A DNA stretch of 64,000 nucleotides from contig JAZNAL010000013.1 of assembly GCA_045586505.1 (NCBI GenBank), positions 49,804 to 113,803 of the forward strand. The letters are read 5' to 3'. The stretch is from Candidatus Flemingiibacterium sp. Lineage in GTDB: Bacteria; Bacillota; Clostridia; Oscillospirales; CAG-272. How positions within the stretch are numbered: position 1 is the stretch's first letter; each line of letters starts with the position of its first letter. The position numbers and the translations under genes are program-made. This document shows positions 10,523 to 20,740 of the stretch, in pieces. The notes under the pieces were generated by a model. That model saw only the letters and a list, made by a program, of their open reading frames with translations. It was not told the DNA's origin and did not search any database.

Positions 10523-11518
10523 TCAACTGCCCGATTTATTCTTCTCAAGATATTTTTGACTGCGTGCAAGCGCCGCTTCGAAATATTCGTTGGTTTCGAA
10601 GCCCGAAGCGCTCTTTTCGGCGTCAGACTTGCTCTTCTGATGTGCCGCAAGGGAGGATTCCACCTCTTCGAGGGTCCTAAGCCCTTGATCGTGCCAGTTT
10701 TCAAGCACTTTGTTCATGTAGGCAATCTTATATTCGCCGATAGAATCGATCATGATCTCATACGCCCGTGTGATGACGGAGATGTCGAATTTCCACTCGG
10801 AGATCCAGCATTCGGTCATCTTTTTTTCCCTGGGGGTAAGTGAACGTGAGCCCACACCGATCAGTGTGCGGATCTGCGAGGTCACCTCGTCGACACGCTC
10901 GCGGCGCTCGATGTACTCGCTGAGGGCTTCGGTGGTAACGATGCCGTCGTCGTGCATACCGATTGCCACCTTTTCGATGTAACGGGGTGAGGTTTTACCG
11001 TTTGCCTTGCAGTAGGAGTAAAGCGTTTCTATGTAGCCGGGGTCACTCAGGTGCAGGAAGTCGTACATGCCGACGATAGACGCGGATTCGGCGGGGGTGA
11101 ATATCTTGCCCACGATCTGCTGGCACGCGTCGATGATCTGCGAGAGCTCCTTGTGGGCATCCATCACGTCTGCCGCCTGACTTTCGGTGTAGGTTGGCAG
11201 AGAGTTTGACTGCAGCGTCTTGTTGCCGGCGACCTTTTCGGCAGGTGCGCCCGTGGGAGCCGCTTCAGCGGCGTCCATAACGCCAGCACGGCGCCAGAAG
11301 TCAAGCGCACGTCCGAGGGCAGTCTTGGTGCAGTCAAGTTGCTTGCAGAGCCGTTCACAGGCGCTGTCATAGTCGGCGCGCAGGGAATCATCCGCCGCCG
11401 CAAGGAGGAGCACCTTTAATTCAAATCCGCCCGCAGAGGGAAGTGTCAGCATAACCTTCTCGCGAGGGAGCGAGAAAACACTGTCGCCGTATTCGATTTT
11501 CAGTTTTTTCGCGCTCAT
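10523..11518 (-). CDS. DnaD-domain replication initiation / membrane attachment protein
   Basis: 331-aa ORF with two DnaD-like repeats (..FTPAESASIVGMYDF.., ..LTPREKKMTECWISEWKF..). It is gene-paired with the DnaC-like ATPase. Confidence 0.65.
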   Translation of the reverse strand: MSAKKLKIEYGDSVFSLPREKVMLTLPSAGGFELKVLLLAAADDSLRADYDSACERLCKQLDCTKTALGRALDFWRRAGVMDAAEAAPTGAPAEKVAGNKTLQSNSLPTYTESQAADVMDAHKELSQIIDACQQIVGKIFTPAESASIVGMYDFLHLSDPGYIETLYSYCKANGKTSPRYIEKVAIGMHDDGIVTTEALSEYIERRERVDEVTSQIRTLIGVGSRSLTPREKKMTECWISEWKFDISVITRAYEIMIDSIGEYKIAYMNKVLENWHDQGLRTLEEVESSLAAHQKSKSDAEKSASGFETNEYFEAALARSQKYLEKNKSGS

Positions 11519-11533
11519 ATATTCCTCCTGAGG

Positions 11534-12208
11534 TTATTTCGTTAGCTCATAGCACAGGGTCATCAGTGAATCTCCCATGTGAACGTTTTGTACGACCACG
11601 CCCTTGTGGGAGAGATCGATCTCGGTGCTGGCGAAGTTCCAAAGACCCTTGATGCCGATATCCGCGAGACGTTCAGCCATTTCGCGTACAGCGGTCTTGG
11701 GCACGGTCAGCACCGCGATGTTTACGGTGTTGTTTTTGCAGTAATCTTCAAGCTCGTTAAGGGATTTGACGGTATAGCCTGCGATGGTTTTGCCGATCAC
11801 GTTTGGCGAAACGTCAAAAAGTGCGGTGAGCTTGACTCCGCGGCGCTCAAAGATGGGGCTTGCGGCAAGTGCACTGCCGAGGTTTCCCGCGCCTATTATC
11901 ACAGCGTTGAAATTTTGTGTAACACCGAGTATTTCGCCTATTTTGCCGTAGAGATATTTAACATTGTAGCCATAGCCTTGTTGACCGAAACCGCCGAAGC
12001 AGTTGAGGTCCTGACGTATCTGGGAAGCCGTGACGTTCATGAGCTTTGAAAGCTCACCCGACGAGATGCGCAGAATGTCGTTCTGCAGAAGCTCGCGAAG
12101 ATAACGGTAATATCTCGGCAAGCGCTTTATAACCGCCGGAGAGACGTGGTTTTTTACCTCGTCGACCGAGTCTTCGTCACGGTATTTATCACGGGATTCG
12201 GGTTTCAT
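11534..12208 (-). CDS. rex: redox-sensing transcriptional repressor Rex
   Basis: VIKRLPRYYRYL wHTH, GYGYNV and the Rossmann motif IIGAGNLG match Rex. Confidence 0.9.
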   Translation of the reverse strand: MKPESRDKYRDEDSVDEVKNHVSPAVIKRLPRYYRYLRELLQNDILRISSGELSKLMNVTASQIRQDLNCFGGFGQQGYGYNVKYLYGKIGEILGVTQNFNAVIIGAGNLGSALAASPIFERRGVKLTALFDVSPNVIGKTIAGYTVKSLNELEDYCKNNTVNIAVLTVPKTAVREMAERLADIGIKGLWNFASTEIDLSHKGVVVQNVHMGDSLMTLCYELTK

Positions 12209-12286
12209 ATGCGTTCTTTCCTTTCACGGTGTGAAGCCAAGATGTAGGGCGTCGGGAGCGAAAGGCTCCCGTACGGCCATTATTTC

Positions 12287-13456
12287 TTAAAGAGACTTTA
12301 CGGTGTCCATTACGTATGCTGCAAACTCGTCGCAGGTCGCGCCGGTATCTCTGCCGGTGACAACATACTTCTTGTCCTCAAACATACAGTAGTCGAGTGC
12401 CTTTTCCAGTTTGTCCGCCTCATCCTGTCTTCCGATGTGGGAGAGAAGGAGCACAGCCGCACGGAGCATGGAGCAGGGATCTGCGTACTTGCCGCGGCCT
12501 TCCTTGATCATTCTGGGAGCGGAACCATGGATAGCTTCGAACATTGCGTACTTCTTACCGATATTAGCCGAGCCTGCGGTACCAACACCGCCCTGGAACT
12601 CTGCCGCTTCGTCGGTGATGATGTCGCCGTAAAGGTTGGGAAGCACGAAAACCTTGAAATCGGTGCGACGCTTCTCGTCAACTAACTTCGCGGTCATAAT
12701 ATCGATGAACCACTCATCGGTATTGATCTCGGGATAATCCTTGGCGATCTCCTCGCAGATGCGGAGGAACTTACCGTCGGTGGTCTTGATGATGTTTGCC
12801 TTGGTAACGATGGATACGCGATCCTTCTTGTTTTTGCGTGCGTACTCGAAGGCAAGGCGTGCGATACGGTTGGTACCCTCGGTGGTGGTTACGCAGAAGT
12901 CAACTGCGAGATCATCGGTAACGTTCACGCCCTGAGAGCCGACAGCATAGCTGCCCTCGGTATTCTCACGGAAGAAGGTCCAGTCGATGCCCTTATCGGG
13001 AACCTTAACAGGACGAACATTTGCGAAAAGGTCGAGGTTCTTACGCATTGCAACATTTGCGGACTCGATGTTGGGCCAGGGATCGCCTGCGCGAGGAGTG
13101 GTGGTGGGGCCCTTCAAGATAACATCGCACTTGTAGAGCTCTTCCATAACATCATCGGGAATAGCCTTCATGCAAGCCGCACGGTTTTCGATGGTGAGAC
13201 CGTCGATAACCTTGAAGACGACCTTGCCTGCCTTAACCTCATCAGCAAGCAGGAATTCAAGTACATCCTGAGCCGCCTTGGTGATGATGGGACCGATTCC
13301 GTCGCCGCCGCAGATACCGATGGTAAGTACGGGAAGCGCGGTGTAATCAACAAAATCCTTTGCTGCGTTTATCTTTTCAACGCGCTCGAGCTGAGAGCGA
13401 AGAACAGCTTCAAACTTTTCAACAGCCGATTTGATGTTTGCATCATAATTGTTCAT
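12287..13456 (-). CDS. icd: isocitrate/isopropylmalate dehydrogenase family enzyme, most likely isocitrate dehydrogenase
   Basis: KGPTTTP....ANVAMRKNLDLFANVRP, NLYGDIITD and FEAIHGSAP motifs of the beta-decarboxylating dehydrogenases. The substrate loop is more ICD-like than LeuB-like. Confidence 0.7.
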   Translation of the reverse strand: MNNYDANIKSAVEKFEAVLRSQLERVEKINAAKDFVDYTALPVLTIGICGGDGIGPIITKAAQDVLEFLLADEVKAGKVVFKVIDGLTIENRAACMKAIPDDVMEELYKCDVILKGPTTTPRAGDPWPNIESANVAMRKNLDLFANVRPVKVPDKGIDWTFFRENTEGSYAVGSQGVNVTDDLAVDFCVTTTEGTNRIARLAFEYARKNKKDRVSIVTKANIIKTTDGKFLRICEEIAKDYPEINTDEWFIDIMTAKLVDEKRRTDFKVFVLPNLYGDIITDEAAEFQGGVGTAGSANIGKKYAMFEAIHGSAPRMIKEGRGKYADPCSMLRAAVLLLSHIGRQDEADKLEKALDYCMFEDKKYVVTGRDTGATCDEFAAYVMDTVKSL

Positions 13457-13659
13457 TTTCTGGTACTCCGTTTCATATAATAGGTATTTATGATCAGTGG
13501 GATATCCACATTATCAACAAAGTTATCAACAGCCGTCATGGCTGTTTTTTTGAAAAAAACTGTCGCGGGATGCCATATTATCCGATATTTCGCGGCAGAA
13601 CGTACGTTTTTTGCGCACTTGTCCACAGGTTGTGGAAACTATCGATGGGTTTTCCACAA

Positions 13660-14667
13660 TTATTTACCGGTGGCCTTTGCGTTCAGCGAGGTGTCCGCGC
13701 GGACTCCCGCAAGGTATTCATAGTACCCCTGAGCCGCAATCATTGCCGCGTTGTCACCGCAGAGTGAGCGCGGCGGCATATAGAGCTTTATCCTGCGTTT
13801 GGCGGCGAATTGTTCAAGCGCGGTGCGCAGATGCGAGTTCGCGGCAACTCCGCCTGCCATAACAAGCGCGGACATACCGGTGGCATCCATTGCCATGCCG
13901 AGCTTCTTGACAACAGACGTGGTAACCGCCTTGGTAAATGATGCAGCGATGTCCTCTTTTATACAGGTCTCACCCTTTTGCCCAAGATTGTGCAGATGAT
14001 TGATGACCGCAGTTTTGAGTCCGCTGAAGGAAAAGTCGAGATTATCACCGATGACCGCTGCGGACGGGAATTTCACCGCCTCGCTGTCGCCGAGAGATGC
14101 CAGCCTGTCCATTTCCGCGCCACCCGGATAGGGAAGTCCCATCACGCGTCCGACTTTGTCGAACGCTTCGCCGATGGCATCGTCACGCGTTCTGCCGACA
14201 GTCTCGAAATCGGTATAGCTTGTGACCTTAATAAGGGATGTATGTCCGCCCGATGCCACCAGTGCAAGAAACGGCGGCTTCAGGTCGGGATGGACGAAAT
14301 AATTCGCCGCCACATGACCTCTGATGTGGTTGACCGGTATCAACGGTTTATTGTTGGCAAATGCCAGCGCCTTGGCAAAGTTTACGCCCACCAGAAGTGC
14401 GCCGATCAGTCCGGGGGTGGATGTGACGGCAACGGCGTCGATATCGTCAAGGGTTACGCCCGCCGTATCAAGCGCTTCGTAGGTGATGCCGGATATGGCA
14501 TCGCAGTGCGCGCGACTGGCGATCTCGGGAACCACACCGCCGTACAGCTTATGCGTCTCTATCTGTGATGCGATTATATTAGAGCGAATGACACGCTCAT
14601 CACCGTTGAATTCGCAAACGGCGGCAGAGGTCTCATCGCAGGAGCTTTCAAGTGCAAGTATCAGCAT
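13660..14667 (-). CDS. tsaD: tRNA N6-adenosine threonylcarbamoyltransferase
   Basis: MLILALESSCDETSAAV.., HC..H, GGVAAN: classic TsaD/Kae1 signatures. Confidence 0.95.
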   Translation of the reverse strand: MLILALESSCDETSAAVCEFNGDERVIRSNIIASQIETHKLYGGVVPEIASRAHCDAISGITYEALDTAGVTLDDIDAVAVTSTPGLIGALLVGVNFAKALAFANNKPLIPVNHIRGHVAANYFVHPDLKPPFLALVASGGHTSLIKVTSYTDFETVGRTRDDAIGEAFDKVGRVMGLPYPGGAEMDRLASLGDSEAVKFPSAAVIGDNLDFSFSGLKTAVINHLHNLGQKGETCIKEDIAASFTKAVTTSVVKKLGMAMDATGMSALVMAGGVAANSHLRTALEQFAAKRRIKLYMPPRSLCGDNAAMIAAQGYYEYLAGVRADTSLNAKATGK

Positions 14668-14678
14668 TGTTTTGATCC

Positions 14679-15128
14679 TTATCTGTCATCTTCTGTTATC
14701 ACGCGGCTCATGAGTACTGCATCCTCGCGGGGCTTTGAGTAAAAGCCCTTGCGTATGCCGTCGACGGAAAAGCCGCATTTTTCATACAGCGCACGCGCCG
14801 CTGTGTTGGATACGCGCACATCAAGCAGTAGACGTTCAAGCCCATCTACCCTGTAAAGCTGTGCAAGCAGTGCCGAAGCGGCACCGAGACGGCGGTATTT
14901 TCCCGTGACCGCGAGATTGGTGATCTCACCCTCGCCGAGGATCAGATGCATTCCCACATATCCGCAGACTTCGCCATTGTATACCGCCGCAAAGCAGTGA
15001 GAACAGCCATTGGCGAAGAAATCTTCAAAGCTTTTTGCACTCCACGGAGAGGAAAAGCATTCAAGCTCAAGTGCGCATAAAGCGGGGATATCGTCATATG
15101 TAGCTTTTCGAATTATAATATCAGCCAT
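14679..15128 (-). CDS. rimI: ribosomal-protein-alanine N-acetyltransferase
   Basis: 149-aa GNAT with the RRLGAASALL acetyl-CoA motif, in the conserved position upstream of tsaD. Confidence 0.85.
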   Translation of the reverse strand: MADIIIRKATYDDIPALCALELECFSSPWSAKSFEDFFANGCSHCFAAVYNGEVCGYVGMHLILGEGEITNLAVTGKYRRLGAASALLAQLYRVDGLERLLLDVRVSNTAARALYEKCGFSVDGIRKGFYSKPREDAVLMSRVITEDDR

Positions 15129-15759
15129 TGTTTGTTGATCGGGGCAGATATTTATACATAACCTCGCCTACAGCGGCGCAGGTCTTGGTGGAGCGATCGT
15201 AGATATAATTCTCGCCACCGTCCGCCTCTATATATACGAGATTGTAATAGATGCCCTCATATTTGTCGGAGGAGAACTTAAGCTTGTACACCTCTCCCTC
15301 TGGGATGATGGTGGTGCGCTCACCGCTCTCGAAGGCTTTGATTATCGCTTTAATATCCTCAGAATCGGTAATTACGCCGATGCCTGTGGTGATCATCTGC
15401 TCGACACAGATGATTATCTCGTTTGCCTCAAACTCGGTGAGTGTGGGAAGCGATATCGCGCCGTCGGCATAGTAGATCGAGCCGATCCCCTCGTATTTTT
15501 CACTGAGCCACAGTGAGGTATCGCAGCCCACGATGCCGTAAAGCTGAAGCTTTAGTTCGGCGCATTCGGCGTAGGGTGTGATCTCGGTGGAGATAGGTTC
15601 AAAGCACATCGGGGCGTTTATATATGTAATTCCGTTCGCCTTGTCGATGAGATTGCCCCCCTCGTTTGTCAGCTTGACGAGCTTTGGTGAGCCGCAGGAG
15701 GCAACGGATGCCGCAAGCAAAAGCAATGCCGCGAGTACCGCTAAAATAGGCTTTTTCAT
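15121..15759 (-). CDS. hypothetical lipoprotein
   Basis: MKKPILAVLAALLLLAASVASCGS is a signal peptide with a lipobox. The internal ATG at 15759 is preferred because it avoids overlapping the upstream deaminase gene. Confidence 0.55.
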   Translation of the reverse strand: MKKPILAVLAALLLLAASVASCGSPKLVKLTNEGGNLIDKANGITYINAPMCFEPISTEITPYAECAELKLQLYGIVGCDTSLWLSEKYEGIGSIYYADGAISLPTLTEFEANEIIICVEQMITTGIGVITDSEDIKAIIKAFESGERTTIIPEGEVYKLKFSSDKYEGIYYNLVYIEADGGENYIYDRSTKTCAAVGEVMYKYLPRSTNNG

Positions 15760-15763
15760 TTTT

Positions 15764-16252
15764 TTAATAACCAAACTTTCCGGAAAGACTGTCGTCATCG
15801 TCTATCCAGCTCTGTACATCGATCTCGTTATAGGTATCGGGACCGGTTCTTACGATTACCTTTTCGATACCTGCGTTGATAACCAGGCGCTTGCACATCA
15901 TGCAGGAGCAAGTGTCGCCCACAAGCTCACCGGTCTTGCCGTCAACGCACGCCATGTAGAGGGTGGCGCCCAGCATCTGCTCACGGGAGGCGGCAATGAT
16001 CGCATTGGCTTCCGCATGCACAGAGCGGCACATCTCATAGCGCTCACCGCGGGGGATGTTCAGCTTGTCACGCATACATACACCGAGGTCGGTGCAGTTT
16101 TTTCTGCCTCTGGGGGCGCCGTTGTAGCCTGTGGAAACAATGGTGTCGTTTTTGACGATAATGGCGCCGTATTTCTTGCGCATGCAGGTGGCACGCTCGG
16201 CCACAGTCTGGGCTATATCAAGATAGTAGTTTGTCTTGGAAACTCGCTCCAT
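15764..16252 (-). CDS. comEB: deoxycytidylate (dCMP) deaminase, ComEB-like
   Basis: Zinc motifs HAEANAI and CSCMMC..L plus a dCMP_cyt_deam fold pattern. Confidence 0.85.
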   Translation of the reverse strand: MERVSKTNYYLDIAQTVAERATCMRKKYGAIIVKNDTIVSTGYNGAPRGRKNCTDLGVCMRDKLNIPRGERYEMCRSVHAEANAIIAASREQMLGATLYMACVDGKTGELVGDTCSCMMCKRLVINAGIEKVIVRTGPDTYNEIDVQSWIDDDDSLSGKFGY

Positions 16253-16269
16253 AGGTATCTCCCCCTTTA

Positions 16270-17145
16270 TTATTCTATAGTCTTTGCAAATTCAAGAAGG
16301 AATTTTTTGAAATCCTCGCCTACTTCGGGATGGTCGACGGCAGACTTGACGTTTGCCATCAAGAATCCCAGCTTTGAGCCGAAATCGAAGCGCTCACCCT
16401 CGAAGTCTACGGCGGTCATACCGCACGTTCTCGCAAGCACACTCATTGCATCGGTAAGCTGGATCTCACCGCCTGCTCCGGGAGGAGTTTCTTCGAGAAT
16501 ATCGAAGATATCGGGAGTCAGTAGTACACGTCCGAGGATGGACAGATTTGTAAAGACCTGCTCGGGCTTGGGTTTTTCGATCATATCGGTAACATGATAA
16601 GTGTTGTCACCGTTGGAATCAGCTTTGAGTGAGCAGTATCTGGATACCAGCTCCCACGGCACGGGCTTGACGCCGCAGCAGGGCTTGCCGTACTTTTCAA
16701 ATGCATTTGCAAGCTGTGTGCAGACGGGAGTTTTTGAGAGAATAACGTCGTCACCGTAAAGGATATAGAAGGGCTCATCCGCGATGAAGTTTTTGGCTGT
16801 AAGTACCGCGTGTCCGAGACCTTTGGTCTCCTTCTGACGGATGAAGTACACATTTGCCATGGAGCAGATGCGGCGCATTTCCTCTATCTGCTCGGTCTTG
16901 CCGGACTCGGCGAGCTTTTTCTCGTATTCTATGTTAAAGTCGAAGTAATTTTCGATAGTATCCTTGCCTCTGCCGGTGATGATGAGGATATCCTCCGCAC
17001 CTGCCGCCGCTGCCTCCTCCACAAGGACGGATATTGCGGGGCGGTCAACGATGGGGAGCATTTCCTTGGGCACGGACTTTGAAATAGGCAGCATTCGCGT
17101 GCCAAGTCCTGCGGCGGGGATTACGGCTTTTTTTATTTTAGGCAT
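16270..17145 (-). CDS. galU: UTP--glucose-1-phosphate uridylyltransferase
   Basis: KAVIPAAGLGTRMLPISKSVPKEMLPIVDRP N-terminus. The start is taken at the ATG at 17145, which has an AAAGGGA RBS. Confidence 0.9.
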   Translation of the reverse strand: MPKIKKAVIPAAGLGTRMLPISKSVPKEMLPIVDRPAISVLVEEAAAAGAEDILIITGRGKDTIENYFDFNIEYEKKLAESGKTEQIEEMRRICSMANVYFIRQKETKGLGHAVLTAKNFIADEPFYILYGDDVILSKTPVCTQLANAFEKYGKPCCGVKPVPWELVSRYCSLKADSNGDNTYHVTDMIEKPKPEQVFTNLSILGRVLLTPDIFDILEETPPGAGGEIQLTDAMSVLARTCGMTAVDFEGERFDFGSKLGFLMANVKSAVDHPEVGEDFKKFLLEFAKTIE

Positions 17146-17401
17146 ACTTATTCCCTTTCTGCAATTATTAGTAAAAATTTGCATTCTACAGGTAAAAACA
17201 ATTTATCACTATATATTATACCGCGAATTTATGAAGAAATCAAGTAGTTTACAGCACAAAAACGAGGCTTATTGAGGAAAACCACGTTATTTTTATCGAT
17301 GCGGACAGCACTGCGGCGTAATTCGACATTTTTTGCGTCACACCTTGCATTTGTTTTCCGGATGGTGTATAATATAATTACTACTTATATTGGAGCTTGA
17401 T

Positions 17402-18520
17402 ATGATTAAAATTCTGCACTGCGCCGATCTTCACCTTGACAGCCCGCTGTCATCGCTTGATATTGATAAAGCCGAGATGCGTCACAGCGATATGCGTGCC
17501 TCGTTTACCTCGCTGACCTTGTCCGCCAAGATGAACGAGGTTGATTTTCTTTTGATCTCCGGCGATCTTTTTGACGGCGCGTTCGTGTCGCGTGATACCA
17601 TAGCGCTTATCTGCCGCGAATTTGCCGCGATTCCCGACTGTAAGATCATCATTGCCCCCGGTAATCATGATCCCTATACTCAGTCAAGCTACTACCGACT
17701 CGGAGAATTTCCCGAAAACGTGTATATTTTTGATTCTCCCGAGCTGTCCTGCTTCGAGTTCCCGGAAAAGAACACCACGGTCTACGGCTGGGCATTCACC
17801 TCGGAGCATATGGAAAGCTGTCCGCTTGAGGGCTTTTCCGTGGAGGATCCCACACGCATAAATCTGCTTTGCGCACACGGTGAGCTTGATGTGAACGAAT
17901 CAAAATACTGTCCGATTCCCTCAAAGCTTCTTGCCGACTGCGGCTTCGATTATGCGGCACTGGGGCATATTCACGCCTACAGTGATACGAAAAAGCTGGG
18001 GGCTGGTTATGCCGCATACAGCGGATGTCTTGAAGGCCGCGGATTTGATGAATGCGGTGAGAAGGGGGCAGTACTCGCTGTAGCGGACAAGGAAGTATCC
18101 CTGCAGTTTGCCGCCAAATTCGTGCGCTTCTGCAAGCGGTGCTATCAGATCGAGCGGCTGGATATCACCGGAGCCGCATCTAATGCCGACGCGGTGGACA
18201 AACTGTCCGCGCTGATAAATGAAAAGCATTACGGCGCGGATACCGCGCTGAAGGTTCGGCTTGTCGGAAATGTGGCAGGAGATTTCAAGCTGTCGCCGAA
18301 GTTCTTGTCCGAGCAGTTTCCACAGCTATTTATGCTCGAGGTCATCGACGACACTCTGCCGCTCCTTGATGGAGACAAGCTGCGCGATGATCCCACCCTT
18401 CGCGGTGAGTTTTACCGCAGCCTTGAAGCGATGCTGTCAAGCGATGATCCCGAGAGCCGTGCAACTGCGGCGGCGGCACTGCGATGCGGACTTGCGGCAC
18501 TTTCGGGCGAGGAGATTTGA
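17402..18520 (+). CDS. metallophosphoesterase DNA-repair exonuclease (SbcD/YhaO-like)
   Basis: MIKILHCADLHLD, GDLFD, GNHD and GHIH motifs. Confidence 0.8.
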   Translation: MIKILHCADLHLDSPLSSLDIDKAEMRHSDMRASFTSLTLSAKMNEVDFLLISGDLFDGAFVSRDTIALICREFAAIPDCKIIIAPGNHDPYTQSSYYRLGEFPENVYIFDSPELSCFEFPEKNTTVYGWAFTSEHMESCPLEGFSVEDPTRINLLCAHGELDVNESKYCPIPSKLLADCGFDYAALGHIHAYSDTKKLGAGYAAYSGCLEGRGFDECGEKGAVLAVADKEVSLQFAAKFVRFCKRCYQIERLDITGAASNADAVDKLSALINEKHYGADTALKVRLVGNVAGDFKLSPKFLSEQFPQLFMLEVIDDTLPLLDGDKLRDDPTLRGEFYRSLEAMLSSDDPESRATAAAALRCGLAALSGEEI

Positions 18521-18525
18521 GGTGC

Positions 18526-20688
18526 ATGATGTTTATTGAGAAGATACACATTGATACCTTCGGAAAGCTCTCGGACTTTGATCTTGAGCTGTCTCCGGGG
18601 ATGAATATAATCGAGGGCGCCAATGAAAGCGGAAAATCCACCCTCGCGGCATTTATTAAGTTTATACTTTACGGAATGAATTCCCGAGAGCGCGAGGCAA
18701 TGGCTTCCTGGCGTACCGGCGGCGCGGCGGGAAGTCTGACCGTTTGTGTCGATTCTCACCGTTACCGTATCGAACGTACTATGGTAGGGAGTCGTGAGGC
18801 GGTACAGCTTATCGACGGCGAAAACAATATGCCCATGCGTGGAAAGCTTGATGGGACAACTCCGGGTGAGATGTTCCTTGGTGTTGACGCCGAGATGTTC
18901 GCGTCAACGGCATTTGTGTCTCAGCTTGGTGGTATGTCGGCGGGCGGTGCAAAGGTTAGTGAGGGAATAGAAAACATCCTGTTCTCCGCTGATGAAAGCG
19001 TGAATACACAGCGTGCGCTGGCAAAGCTGGATGCGGCGCGTGCCGCCTTGCTTCACAAAAACGAAAAGGGCGGACGGCTTTATGAATTGGATGATGAGTG
19101 CGCAAAGCTTGAAGTAAGACTGGCAGACGCGCTGCGTGTACACGAAGACATCCTTTCAAGAGAAGCACAGCTTGCTGATTCTAAGGGGAAGCTTGAGGCA
19201 TCCTCAGCGAAGGCGAGTGAGCTTGGCGGTAAGATACAGCAGTTTGAAATTAACGCTCTGCTTGAGCTGTTTGAACGCCGCCGCTCCATTAAAGCGCGGA
19301 CTGAGGCATTAAGTGCTAAGCTGGAAAGTACAACTGCGCAGGAACTTGCAGTGCTTTCGAAGATGGACAGCTATGAAAAAAAGCACGCACTGCTCAAAAA
19401 GGAGCTTGAGGACGTTACATCCCGCCTGGCGGAACAGCAACAGGCGACCGTCGATTCCGAACTGGACGAATACATAAGTCTTGGCGGCAGAGAGGTGTTG
19501 GAAGCGAAACTTGAAAGCAGCCGAGTCAAGGCAAAAGCCTATGTTGCAGTAGGCATTGCGGCGTTGTTCTTTGGACTTGCGGAGCTTGCCCTCGGTCTGC
19601 GTCCTATGCTGATGGGCGGAGATGCGCATACTGCGCTTTGTGCTGTCGGTGCCGTATTGACGGCGCTTGCGGTTACACTGTTTATGCTCAGTTTCAGTGC
19701 GAGAAAGCGTGTCGAGGAGATTGAGCTATACTATGATTTTGATGCGCTTGACCGTGCGGCGGATGAGCATAAAGCGGCACAGGAGACGGCAAAATTCACA
19801 AGCCTTACGGCAACTGACGTACGGCGCCGGTATGATGAGCTGTGCGAGGAGATAGCCCGTGAGTGCGGATGCGAGGCGGATGAGCTTGCGGCAAGATGCA
19901 CCGCGCTTGATGCCAAAATGCGGGAGTCAAGCAGTCTCAAGGCGGAGCACGACAAGTATGCAACACTCTTGTCACAGATGAACGCGCAGTTAAGGAGTTA
20001 CGACGAGGACGAGCTTCGTGGGATGCTTGTTGAAGGCGCGGATATGTCGGATATCGACATCGATAATCTGCCGGAGCTTCGTCGGGAGGCGGATTTTGCC
20101 GCCAAAATGGCGGATTCCCTTGAAAAGCACTGCGGAGAGCTTGAAAAGACGCTGGCGGGTCTGTATCCTGTCTCCGAGGATCCGAAGCTGCTTGCGGATA
20201 AGCTGGCGGCGCTGAAGGTCGAGCGCGGTGAGCTTCAGAAGAAGCATTCGGCTTATAAGCTGGCATACGAAAAGCTCGTTGAAGCGAGTGAGAGCCTGCG
20301 CGGCAGTGTGGCACCCAGACTTGCCATCGACGCGGCGCAGAATATGGCTTATATCACAGATGGTAAATACCGTGAGCTTGGCGTGGGAGCCGATCTCTCC
20401 ATGTCTGCTGAGACCGAGAGCGGTCAGCGCGCACTTGCCGTGCTCAGCGCAGGCACACAGGATGCGGCGTATCTCTGTTTGAGACTTGCGCTCATATCCC
20501 TGCTTTACCGTCACTCCGAGCCGCCCATGATTTATGATGAATCGTTTGTAAGGCAGGACGACGTGAGGCTTTCGAATCTTTTGCGGCTGATCTCGGTGCA
20601 GAAATCCCAAAGTCTGATCTTCACCTCAAACGATCGCGAATCCACCCTGATGCGCAAATTTGGAGAGTTCAAACACATAAAACTGTAA
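18526..20688 (+). CDS. AAA/SMC-like ATPase (SbcC/YhaN-like) with central TM hairpin
   Basis: N-terminal Walker A GANESGKST, long coiled-coil and a hydrophobic segment AYVAVGIAALFFGLAELALGL. The C-terminal signature is followed by YDESF (Walker B-like). It is paired with the SbcD-like gene. Confidence 0.75.
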   Translation: MMFIEKIHIDTFGKLSDFDLELSPGMNIIEGANESGKSTLAAFIKFILYGMNSREREAMASWRTGGAAGSLTVCVDSHRYRIERTMVGSREAVQLIDGENNMPMRGKLDGTTPGEMFLGVDAEMFASTAFVSQLGGMSAGGAKVSEGIENILFSADESVNTQRALAKLDAARAALLHKNEKGGRLYELDDECAKLEVRLADALRVHEDILSREAQLADSKGKLEASSAKASELGGKIQQFEINALLELFERRRSIKARTEALSAKLESTTAQELAVLSKMDSYEKKHALLKKELEDVTSRLAEQQQATVDSELDEYISLGGREVLEAKLESSRVKAKAYVAVGIAALFFGLAELALGLRPMLMGGDAHTALCAVGAVLTALAVTLFMLSFSARKRVEEIELYYDFDALDRAADEHKAAQETAKFTSLTATDVRRRYDELCEEIARECGCEADELAARCTALDAKMRESSSLKAEHDKYATLLSQMNAQLRSYDEDELRGMLVEGADMSDIDIDNLPELRREADFAAKMADSLEKHCGELEKTLAGLYPVSEDPKLLADKLAALKVERGELQKKHSAYKLAYEKLVEASESLRGSVAPRLAIDAAQNMAYITDGKYRELGVGADLSMSAETESGQRALAVLSAGTQDAAYLCLRLALISLLYRHSEPPMIYDESFVRQDDVRLSNLLRLISVQKSQSLIFTSNDRESTLMRKFGEFKHIKL

Positions 20689-20693
20689 AAACA

Positions 20694-20740
20694 AAAGCGC
20701 ATCCCAACCGAGCATTATTTCGGGCGGGATGCGCTTTTTG
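20694..20740 (+). terminator. intrinsic terminator
   Basis: Hairpin AAGCGCATCCC/GGGATGCGCTT followed by a T-run. Confidence 0.7.

Noticed and set aside
13630-13660. Possible Rex operator upstream of the icd-rex operon (TTGTGGAAA-N12-TTTCCACAA)
   Set aside because: The half-sites resemble TTGTGAA/TTCACAA, but the spacing (12 nt) is far from the 4-6 nt of described Rex boxes. It is kept only as part of the DnaA-box/IR observation.
15578-16597. 339-aa + strand ORF
   Set aside because: It spans the antisense of three well-supported minus-strand genes (lipoprotein, dCMP deaminase, galU).
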